Source of the DNA: Gammaproteobacteria bacterium | GTDB taxonomy: Bacteria > Pseudomonadota > Gammaproteobacteria > SURF-13 | DNA: 56,048 nt | Assembly (NCBI GenBank): GCA_030655395.1 | Contig: JAURVQ010000039.1 | Location: 1 to 56,048, forward strand | Direction: 5' to 3' | Shown: in pieces, positions 1 to 6,915 of the stretch | How the letters are laid out: each line of letters starts with the position of its first letter | Numbering within the stretch: the stretch's first letter is position 1 | Translations under genes and position numbers: made by a program | Notes under the pieces: generated by a model | Database searches by the model: none | What the model was told of the DNA's origin: nothing | What the model saw: only the letters and a program-made list of their open reading frames with translations

Positions 1-330
1 GCCAAGACGGCCCATGTGGTCTCTTGGGCGTATTTGGCGGGTCAAGACGTGATAGCGAACATCCACTTTCCAACCGATACGCTCCCAGTAGGCACCGGCA
101 CTGCCGAATTCGGTGGGTTTTGGGCATTCATAACAATAGGACTGGGAGACGCCAACCGCTCGGATAAAGGTGCCCTCGAAGGAGAGAATCAGATCGCCGG
201 GCGCAATCTCGCGCATCGACTCATAAAACGGATTCCGCCCGCCGTCCGCATTTCGCTTTGGTGACCAGAGATAACCACCGGATATCTCCTGATCAAATGT
301 CTGGTTCTGGTTAACCCACCAATATCTCAT
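1..330 (-). CDS. 5' part of a restriction/defence-type protein with PUA/EVE-like N-terminal domain (gene runs off the left edge)
   Basis: Absent from the ORF track because it has no stop in the window. Reverse complement of 328-330 is ATG and the frame stays open to base 1 (110 codons): MRYWWVNQNQTFDQEISGGYLWSPKRNADGGRNPFYESMREIAPGDLILSF... I recognise the WWVNQNQT...GYLWSPK N-terminus from proteins annotated as restriction endonuclease/HNH/McrB-like; this is from memory only. Confidence 0.5.
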   Translation of the reverse strand, partial: MRYWWVNQNQTFDQEISGGYLWSPKRNADGGRNPFYESMREIAPGDLILSFEGTFIRAVGVSQSYCYECPKPTEFGSAGAYWERIGWKVDVRYHVLTRQIRPRDHMGRLG

Positions 331-417
331 AGGGTTGCGAAGCCGTTGTTCATCAAGGTGGTTGTCACTTTTTAAAGCGGCCTTTTTTTGAGGATAAAGG
401 GTTCGGGAATTCCAAGT

Positions 418-743
418 AGAATTCCGGGGATCGGGTCTTGCATTGCAACATTCGTCGGATTCATGTCGCGCTTTACCGCCAGTGTTTCCGCTCGGACCTC
501 GCGAGTGTTTTGGGCGGCAGTTGCTGCACGCGCTTCTCGACCTCTGCGCCATGCGCAAATCATTACCGTTCAACCTATTACGCCACGCGTAATATATCAA
601 GCGAAATGATCGAGGCCCCAGCGCGTTGTCAGCATATGCGCGGCAGCGGGTCGTCTTCCAGTTCTTGCAGTATGCGGCTGCCGCCGAGCGGTGTCTCCAG
701 TACGACGTGCGGTTTGGCGCCCGTCACCTGCCCGATGATGGCG
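418..743. repeat. Left copy of direct repeat (hypE 3' end plus downstream spacer)
   Basis: 455-484 and 556-743 align almost base for base with 2975-3004 and 3012-3199. The left copy carries an extra ~70 nt (485-555). Weaker similarity extends back to ~418 versus ~2948. Confidence 0.85.
629..743 (-). pseudogene. hypE: hypE 3' fragment (last 38 codons, no 5' part)
   Basis: Reverse-strand translation gives ...IIGQVTGAKPHVVLETPLGGSRILQELEDDPLPRIC*. Intact HypE ends ...IIGQVTAAKPHVVLETPLGGSRVLQELEDDPLPRIC* at 3085. Similarity stops abruptly at 743/3199. Confidence 0.85.
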
Positions 744-798
744 CGCTTGCCATTGACGATGGCGCTCTTGACGGAAGTCGTCACCTCTCATCTCCTCC

Positions 799-1872
799 TT
801 ACACATCCTCCCGCGTCAAGATGGTGTTCAGCGCGATGTTGATGTAGTAGTTCGAGCGGCCGATTTTTTTCTTTTGTAGAAAGCCGCCCGCTGTCAGTGC
901 ATCCAGATATTTGGTGGCGGTCAGGCGCGAGACTTTGAGGTCGTGTTCGACGAATTCGATCTTGGTGTAGGGGTGGGTGAACAGGTTATTGATCAAGTCC
1001 TGGCTGTAGAACTTGTAGCCAGCACGAATGCGGTGCTTGTAGTCCATGAGCGCGGCCTTGATGTCTGCCAGGGTGGTGATGGTTTGCCGCGCCGTTTCTT
1101 CGACGGCGGTGAGCATATAGAGTACCCATTCTTCCCAGCGCTGGTCGTCTCGCACGCTTTGCAGCAGGCGGTAGTAATCGGGCTTGGTGCGCACGATGTG
1201 ACGCGACAGGTAAAGCACTGGAATATCCAGCAGGCCCTTTTGCACCAGATACAGCACGTTGATGATGCGGCCCGTGCGGCCGTTGCCGTCGTAAAACGGG
1301 TGAATGCTTTCAAACTGGTGATGGATGAGCGCCATCTTGATCAGCGGGTCGGCAGCAAACGCGCTGTCATCGTTGATGAAGCGCTCCAGGTCGCGCATCA
1401 GGGTGATGATGGTGTCCGGATTTTGCGGCGGGGTGTATACCGTATCGCCAAGGCTGTTCTTGAGCGCGGTGCCGGGCAGTTTGCGAAAACCGGCTTTATT
1501 TTTCTCGAGTTCGGCCTGGATTTCGATTATGTGGTTGGCGGTGAGCAGGCCGGTCTGCTTGACGCGCTCGTAGCCAATGCGCAGCGCCTGGATGTAGTGG
1601 CGCACTTCCTTGGCGGCGGGGTTGCCCGCCAGTTCGGGGAAGGCATTGCTTTTGAACAACTCGTCGTGGCTGGTGACGATATTTTCAATGGCCGAGCTGT
1701 CCTTGGCCTCCTGCATGGCCAAGCTGTTGATGAGGATGCCCTGATCGGGAATGGAGGCCGCCAGCCCCTTGAGCTCGGCCAGCTTGCGGCTGGCCGTGGT
1801 AGTCTTTTTGAGAATGGCTGGGGTTTCAAACTGCGCAGCCTTGAGCCTGCTGAGTGCGCTAAGCTCGCTCAT
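799..1872 (-). CDS. fic: Fic family protein (AMPylase-type, with N-terminal inhibitory helix)
   Basis: Catalytic motif HPFYDGNGRTGR. The Fic_N-like region holds the inhibitory motif SSAIEN ([ST]xxxE[GN]). Start placed at MSELSALSRL (ATG 1872) rather than the ORF-track maximum of 1896. Confidence 0.9.
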   Translation of the reverse strand: MSELSALSRLKAAQFETPAILKKTTTASRKLAELKGLAASIPDQGILINSLAMQEAKDSSAIENIVTSHDELFKSNAFPELAGNPAAKEVRHYIQALRIGYERVKQTGLLTANHIIEIQAELEKNKAGFRKLPGTALKNSLGDTVYTPPQNPDTIITLMRDLERFINDDSAFAADPLIKMALIHHQFESIHPFYDGNGRTGRIINVLYLVQKGLLDIPVLYLSRHIVRTKPDYYRLLQSVRDDQRWEEWVLYMLTAVEETARQTITTLADIKAALMDYKHRIRAGYKFYSQDLINNLFTHPYTKIEFVEHDLKVSRLTATKYLDALTAGGFLQKKKIGRSNYYINIALNTILTREDV

Positions 1873-1916
1873 AACCGCACCGCCGCAGGCGACCATGCGA
1901 GAGAAAGCAGCGATTT

Positions 1917-1987
1917 TCTATACATATCGAGCATAACGTGTATAGATAATAAGTGTTTTCTATACACATGTCACGCGACTTGTATAG
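1917..1987. promoter_or_regulatory. Four phased TCTATACA / TGTATAGA sites upstream of fic (putative operator array)
   Basis: TCTATACA at 1917-1924 and 1959-1966. Inverted TGTATAG(A) at 1939-1946 and 1981-1987. Spacings are 22/20/22 bp, 45-115 bp upstream of the fic ATG. Confidence 0.5.
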
Positions 1988-2297
1988 TTTAAGGTGATAT
2001 CTCGCAGGCATTTGCGCAATAAGCGCCTGCATAGCCCTGCTGGTTGTTCTGGTTGTGGCGCCACCGCTTTCCCCCTCATCTCCACTGGCTTTCTCATTTA
2101 CCGAGAACCGTGTTCGCTCGGGCTACTCCGTGGCCGTGCCGCGCCACGTTACTTCCTCATAACTTGTAGCGGCGATGATATATCGTAACTGCGGATGGGC
2201 CAGAAAGACAGGACGGCGAATTTGGGTAAGCCGGAACCAGCGCTGTCCGACTCTACTCATGGCTTGGGGCCTCACTCAAAAGTGCCACATATTGCTT

Positions 2298-2322
2298 GGA
2301 TAATATCCGTTGACGATATTAT
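2298..2322. promoter_or_regulatory. Inverted repeat overlapping a TTGACG -35-like element in the higBA promoter (putative HigA operator)
   Basis: GGATAATATC cgttgac GATATTATC lies 23-47 bp upstream of the higB GTG. Confidence 0.5.
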
Positions 2323-2344
2323 CTTGATGGGATAACATTCTTCC

Positions 2345-2626
2345 GTGATCAAGACCTTTAAGTGCAAGGAAACCGAGGCACTTTTTTATGGCCGCTTTTC
2401 CGCTAAATTGCCGCAGGCGATTCAGCGCAAAGCGGTGATTAAACTCAACATGCTGCATGCCGCTACCCGTCTGGACACATTGCGTGTGCCGCCGTCGAAT
2501 CATTTAGAAGTGCTGCGCGGGGACAGGAAGGGCCGGCACAGTATCCGCATCAATGAGCAATGGCGGGTTTGTTTCGTGTGGCGAGGCAACAATGCCTTTG
2601 AAGTCGAGATTGTTGATTACCATTGA
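2345..2626 (+). CDS. higB: HigB-type toxin (RelE/ParE superfamily plasmid-maintenance killer)
   Basis: MIKTFKCKETEALFYG...RINEQWRVCFVWRGNNAFEVEIVDYH is a typical HigB sequence. GTG start. The toxin precedes the antitoxin, as in hig loci. Confidence 0.85.
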   Translation: MIKTFKCKETEALFYGRFSAKLPQAIQRKAVIKLNMLHAATRLDTLRVPPSNHLEVLRGDRKGRHSIRINEQWRVCFVWRGNNAFEVEIVDYH

Positions 2627-2635
2627 GGTGAAGCT

Positions 2636-2938
2636 ATGACCAAGCGCGATTTCCCACCGATTCATCCCGGCGAAGTTCTGTTGACAGAGTTTCTTGAACC
2701 CTTGGGCGTGAGCCAGTACCGGCTTGCCAAGAGCATTAAGGTTACGCCGCGCCGCATCAATGAAATTGCACATGGCCGCCGCGCCATTACTGCGGATACC
2801 GCGCTCCGGCTCGGCCGGTTTTTCGGCATGGAGGCAGAGTTCTGGCTTAACTTACAGTCTCATTACGATATGGAAATCGCGCAAGCGGCCTTGAATGGCC
2901 GTCTTGAAAAAGACGTGCAGCCTTTAAAAGCCGCGTAG
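2636..2938 (+). CDS. higA: HigA-type antitoxin (XRE-family HTH)
   Basis: IHPGEVLLTEFLEPLGVSQYRLAKSIKVTPRRINEIAHGRRAITADTALRLGRFFG is the canonical HigA/VapI HTH. It starts 10 nt after higB. Confidence 0.9.
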   Translation: MTKRDFPPIHPGEVLLTEFLEPLGVSQYRLAKSIKVTPRRINEIAHGRRAITADTALRLGRFFGMEAEFWLNLQSHYDMEIAQAALNGRLEKDVQPLKAA

Positions 2939-2947
2939 TAGACAAAT

Positions 2948-3199
2948 AATCCGGACTCGACAACTCCGCACAATTCCGGATTCATGTTGCGCTTTACCGC
3001 CACTGGTCATTGCAGATCATTGCCGTTCAACCTATTACGCCACGCGTAACATATCAAGTGAAATAATCGAGCCCCAGCGCGTTGTCAGCAAATGCGCGGC
3101 AACGGGTCGTCTTCCAGTTCTTGCAGCACGCGGCTGCCGCCGAGCGGTGTCTCCAGTACGACGTGCGGTTTGGCGGCCGTCACCTGGCCGATGATGGCG
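2948..3199. repeat. Right copy of direct repeat (overlaps the 3' end of intact hypE)
   Basis: See the left copy at 418-743. Begins right after the higA stop. Confidence 0.85.
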
Positions 3200-4089
3200 G
3201 CTTCGTTGCCGGGCGGTAATGCGCGCCACGCGGCAAGTGCCGCGTCGGCCTGGTCGGGCGCCAGCACCGCGACCACGCGCCCTTCGCAGGCGAGATAGAG
3301 CGGGTCGTAGCCGAGGATGTCGCACACCGTGCGTACTGCGGCGCGCACCGGGATGGCGCTCTCCTTGAGGTGCAGGCCCAATCCCGTGGCGCGGCAGATG
3401 TCGTGCGCGACGGTGGCAAGCCCGCCGCGCGTCGGGTCGCGCATGAAGCGCAATCCCGGAAATGCATGCAGCGCGTGCGTGAGCGGCAGCACGCAGGCGA
3501 GGTCCGACTGGACGCTGCCGCTCAAGCCGAACTGCTCGCGCGCGAGCATCACGGCAACGGCGTGGTCGCCCACCGGGCCGCTCACCAGAATGACGTCGCC
3601 TTCCTGTATCCGGTTTATGCCCAAGCGCAATTGCGGATCGCGCACGCCGACGCCGCTGGTGGCGAGATACAATCCGCCGCCTTCGCCGCGCGGCACCACC
3701 TTGGTGTCGCCCGCCACTACACACACCCCTGTTTCCCGCGCCGCGCGCGCCAGGCTTTCGACAATGCGGGTGAGTCGCGCGATTTCGAATCCCTCCTCAA
3801 TGAAGGTGTTGAGGCTGAGATAGAGCGGTGTCGCGCCCGCGACGGCAAGATCGTTCACCGTGCCGTGCACCGCAAGCGCACCGATGTCGCCGCCGGGAAA
3901 TTCCAGCGGCTGCACGATGAAGCCATCGGTGGTCAGCATGATGTCTCCCGCAGGCAAGGTGAGCGGGACGGCATCGGCCTGGATATCGAGCGCCGGATTC
4001 GCGAGGTGGCGCGCGAACAGTTCCTCAACCAGTTCGCGCATGTAGCGTCCACCGTTGCCGTGGGCGAGGGTGATGTGGGTATCCTGCAT
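3085..4089 (-). CDS. hypE: Hydrogenase maturation protein HypE
   Basis: MQDTHITLAHGNGG... PurM-like fold sequence and the C-terminal PRIC motif. The ATGA overlaps the hypF stop. Confidence 0.95.
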   Translation of the reverse strand: MQDTHITLAHGNGGRYMRELVEELFARHLANPALDIQADAVPLTLPAGDIMLTTDGFIVQPLEFPGGDIGALAVHGTVNDLAVAGATPLYLSLNTFIEEGFEIARLTRIVESLARAARETGVCVVAGDTKVVPRGEGGGLYLATSGVGVRDPQLRLGINRIQEGDVILVSGPVGDHAVAVMLAREQFGLSGSVQSDLACVLPLTHALHAFPGLRFMRDPTRGGLATVAHDICRATGLGLHLKESAIPVRAAVRTVCDILGYDPLYLACEGRVVAVLAPDQADAALAAWRALPPGNEAAIIGQVTAAKPHVVLETPLGGSRVLQELEDDPLPRIC

Positions 4090-6383
4090 CAGCGCTGTGC
4101 CGCCTCGATGATCTGTCCGTAACTGAGCCCGCCGTCATTGCAGGGGACACGGCGCGGAAGATGGACGGCAAACCCGTCGTCCTGCAACAGCTGCAGCGCG
4201 TGTTCGGTGAGAATGCAGTTTTGAAATACGCCGCCGCTCAGGCCCACGTCGTTTACGCCGTGTTCATCGCGCAACACGCGCGCCTGTTGCAGCAGCGCGT
4301 GCGCGAGGCTCGCGTGAAAAATACTCGCGCGTTCCACGACGGGAATATGTTCATCAAGTAACAGCGGCACGAGCGGCGCCCAGTCGGTGTGCCAGAGGCC
4401 CTGCGCGTTGCGCTGCAACGGCAAGGCGACAGGTTGCGCGCCCGCACTGCTGATCGCCTCCAGAGTCATCGGCCCCTGCCCTTCAAAGCTGGCATTTTGT
4501 ACCAGGCCGAGCAGCGCGGCGGCGGCATCAAACAATCGGCCCACCGCGCTGGTTTGCGGCGCGTTGATGCGCCGTTGCCAAGCGTGCTGCAGCAGCGCGG
4601 TATCTTCCATCGGGCCGTTGAGCCATACCTGATTCGATTCCCAGCACAGGGCGAGCGCGCTGCGCCACGGTTCGCGCGCGGACTTTTCGCCGCCGGGGAG
4701 ATGAAACGGCCGTATGCTGGCCGCGCGCCGCCAGTGCCCGGCGCCGCCCAGCAAGGCCTCGCCGCCCCACAGGGTGCCGTCCTCACCCAGGCCCACACCG
4801 TCCCAGGTAAACACCAGCCAGTTTTTTATCGCGGGGAATTCGCCCGCGACGCCGGAGGCATGTGCGTGATGATGCCAGACCTGCGTCAGCGACAACCCGC
4901 TGCGCCTGTTCCAGCGCCGGGCCCAGCGTGTGCCGGCGTAATCGGGATGCGCATCACACAGGATTTTTTCGGCGCGTACGCCGTAGAGCGCTTGCATATC
5001 TTCGATCACCTGCTCGAATACTTCGAGACCGCGCGGCGTTCCGAGGTCGCCGATGTGCGGCGAGATCACCACGCGGTTGTGCCAGGCGAGCGCAACGGTA
5101 TTTTTGCTGTGACCGCCGGTCGCAAGCACGGGCCGGGACAACTCAAACGGCAGCTCCAGTTCCAGCGGCGCGCAGCCCCGACCGAGGCGCAACGGACGCG
5201 GCTGTCCGGCAATGACGCGAAACACGGCGTCGTCTGCCGGGCGCTGTATGGGGCGGTCGTGATGCAGGAAGGCATCGGCCACGTGCGCGAGGCGCGTTTG
5301 CGCATCACTGTTGTTGGTGAGCACCGGTTCGCCGCTGACATTGGCGGAGGTGGCGACGAGCGGTGCGCCAAAATCCTCGAGCAGCAGATGATGCAAGGGA
5401 CTGTAGGGCAGCAGGGTGCCGATTTCATCCAGGCCGGGCGCGATGTGTGTGGAGAGATTCGCTGCGCTGCGTTTGGTGACGAGCACAATCGGCCGCATGG
5501 GGTCGCGCAGTAGTTGCGCCGCAATCGCGTCGAGTTGTGCCGCCTCACGCACGGCATCAAGGCCGTCTGCCCCATGCATGGGAAACATCACGGCGAGCGG
5601 CTTGTGCGGACGCGGCTTGGTGGTGCGCAACCGCAGCACGGCGTCGTCGTTGCGTGCATCGCACATCAGGTGATAGCCGCCGACACCCTTCACGGCGACG
5701 ATTTTTCCCTCACGCAGTGCGGCCACGCACGCGGCAAGCGCGGCGGCACCGGTGACGGTTTCATCCGCTGCTGTTTTAAACGACAGTTGCGGGCCACACG
5801 CGGGACAGGCGAGCGGCTCGGCATGAAAGCGCCGGTTCAGTGGATTTTGATATTCTGCGCGGCACTGCGCGCACAACGCAAACCCCGCGAGCGTGGTGTT
5901 GCTGCGGTCATAGGGCAGGCGGCAGATGACGGTATAGCGCGGGCCGCATTGGGTACAGTTGATGAAGGGGTAACGGTAGCGGCGGTCGCCGGGATCATGC
6001 AGCTCGGCGAGACAGTCCGCGCAGGTGAAATAATCGGGCGCGAGGTGTATGTGTGCGGGCGCGCATTCCGCGCTCGGCAAAATGCTGAATTGCTCCAGCG
6101 GCTGCGCTGACGCGTATTCACACGACAGTACGCGCGGCTGTGCGAGTGGCGGCGCATCGCTCAACAGCCGATGGCCGAACTGTTCAAGTGATGCGCCGTC
6201 GCCCTGCGCGAATATCTCCACGTGGCCGGAACGGTTCCTCACCCAGCCGCAAAGACCGCAGTGATGTGCGAGACGGTACACGAAGGGACGGAAACCCACG
6301 CCCTGCACGCGCCCCGCCAGCACCCATCTGCGCGCGCAATGGGTAGCGACGGATGCGGGCAATGGCGCTGCGGTCATGGGCAT
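4089..6383 (-). CDS. hypF: Carbamoyltransferase HypF
   Basis: 764 aa with an acylphosphatase-like N-terminus (GRVQGVGFRPFV), two CxxC...CxxC zinc fingers, and YrdC and Kae1-like parts. Confidence 0.95.
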   Translation of the reverse strand: MPMTAAPLPASVATHCARRWVLAGRVQGVGFRPFVYRLAHHCGLCGWVRNRSGHVEIFAQGDGASLEQFGHRLLSDAPPLAQPRVLSCEYASAQPLEQFSILPSAECAPAHIHLAPDYFTCADCLAELHDPGDRRYRYPFINCTQCGPRYTVICRLPYDRSNTTLAGFALCAQCRAEYQNPLNRRFHAEPLACPACGPQLSFKTAADETVTGAAALAACVAALREGKIVAVKGVGGYHLMCDARNDDAVLRLRTTKPRPHKPLAVMFPMHGADGLDAVREAAQLDAIAAQLLRDPMRPIVLVTKRSAANLSTHIAPGLDEIGTLLPYSPLHHLLLEDFGAPLVATSANVSGEPVLTNNSDAQTRLAHVADAFLHHDRPIQRPADDAVFRVIAGQPRPLRLGRGCAPLELELPFELSRPVLATGGHSKNTVALAWHNRVVISPHIGDLGTPRGLEVFEQVIEDMQALYGVRAEKILCDAHPDYAGTRWARRWNRRSGLSLTQVWHHHAHASGVAGEFPAIKNWLVFTWDGVGLGEDGTLWGGEALLGGAGHWRRAASIRPFHLPGGEKSAREPWRSALALCWESNQVWLNGPMEDTALLQHAWQRRINAPQTSAVGRLFDAAAALLGLVQNASFEGQGPMTLEAISSAGAQPVALPLQRNAQGLWHTDWAPLVPLLLDEHIPVVERASIFHASLAHALLQQARVLRDEHGVNDVGLSGGVFQNCILTEHALQLLQDDGFAVHLPRRVPCNDGGLSYGQIIEAAQR

Positions 6384-6454
6384 AGCCTGAGAGATGTAAA
6401 CGCTTTCAAACTAGCATAAGCTTAATCCCATAACCATATAACGCGAGTGATTCG

Positions 6455-6889
6455 ATGAGTAAAAAAACCCGCACCAGAAACGGGCCGTCGAGCGTGCTCG
6501 ATGGCGTGGAGGCATCCCTGCCCGCGCTCGCGCACGCTATGGAGTTTCAGCGCCGCGTCGCCGCCGTCGGCTTCGATTGGCCGCAGGTGAGTCAGGTGCT
6601 GGAAAAGATCGAGGAGGAGCTGCAGGAAATCCGCCACGAAATCAGGGAGGCCGCGGGCCACGACAGGCTGGAGGATGAAATCGGCGATCTGCTGTTCGTG
6701 TGCGTCAACCTTGCGCGCCACATGAAAGTGAATCCGGAGCACGCGTTGCAGCGGGCCAACGCGAAGTTCGAGCGCCGCTTTCGCCGCATCGAGGAGATGC
6801 TCGCGCAGAGCGGGCGTGGGCCGCACGATTCCACCCTGGAAGAAATGGACGACCTGTGGAATCAGGTGAAGTCCGAGGAAAGAGCCTGA
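6455..6889 (+). CDS. MazG-family nucleoside triphosphate pyrophosphohydrolase (single domain)
   Basis: EEELQEIRHEI...EDEIGDLLFVCVNLARHMKVNPEHALQRANAKFERRF. Confidence 0.8.
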   Translation: MSKKTRTRNGPSSVLDGVEASLPALAHAMEFQRRVAAVGFDWPQVSQVLEKIEEELQEIRHEIREAAGHDRLEDEIGDLLFVCVNLARHMKVNPEHALQRANAKFERRFRRIEEMLAQSGRGPHDSTLEEMDDLWNQVKSEERA

Positions 6890-6915
6890 GCGCGCCGGTA
6901 TTTCCGCGTGATGGA

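Larger units (their letters stand above)
744..2947. mobile_element. Accessory module (fic, higB, higA) between the two hypE-3' repeat copies; no recombinase seen inside
   Basis: Bounded by the direct repeat. Visibly lower GC than the hyp genes. Contents are an addiction-type toxin and a TA pair. Confidence 0.6.

Noticed and set aside
16-264. 82-aa plus-strand ORF at the left edge.
   Set aside because: It is the shadow of the open minus-strand frame 1-330, which has a recognisable N-terminal domain.
943-1992. Long ORFs antisense to, or out of frame with, recognisable genes. Examples: 943-1992 (+), 12921-14117 (-), 21911-22843 (+), 24528-25808 (+), 32804-34054 (+), 47861-48925 (+), 49968-51227 (+).
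   Set aside because: Each lies opposite a gene with clear family motifs. Their translations are Arg/Ala/Gly/His-rich with no motifs, as expected for shadow ORFs in GC-rich DNA.
1994-2260. ORF 1994-2188 (+) and a ~45-codon minus-strand ORF (MSRVGQRWFRL...) in the fic-higB spacer.
   Set aside because: Neither has a motif or an RBS, and they overlap each other. This is probably non-coding island sequence.
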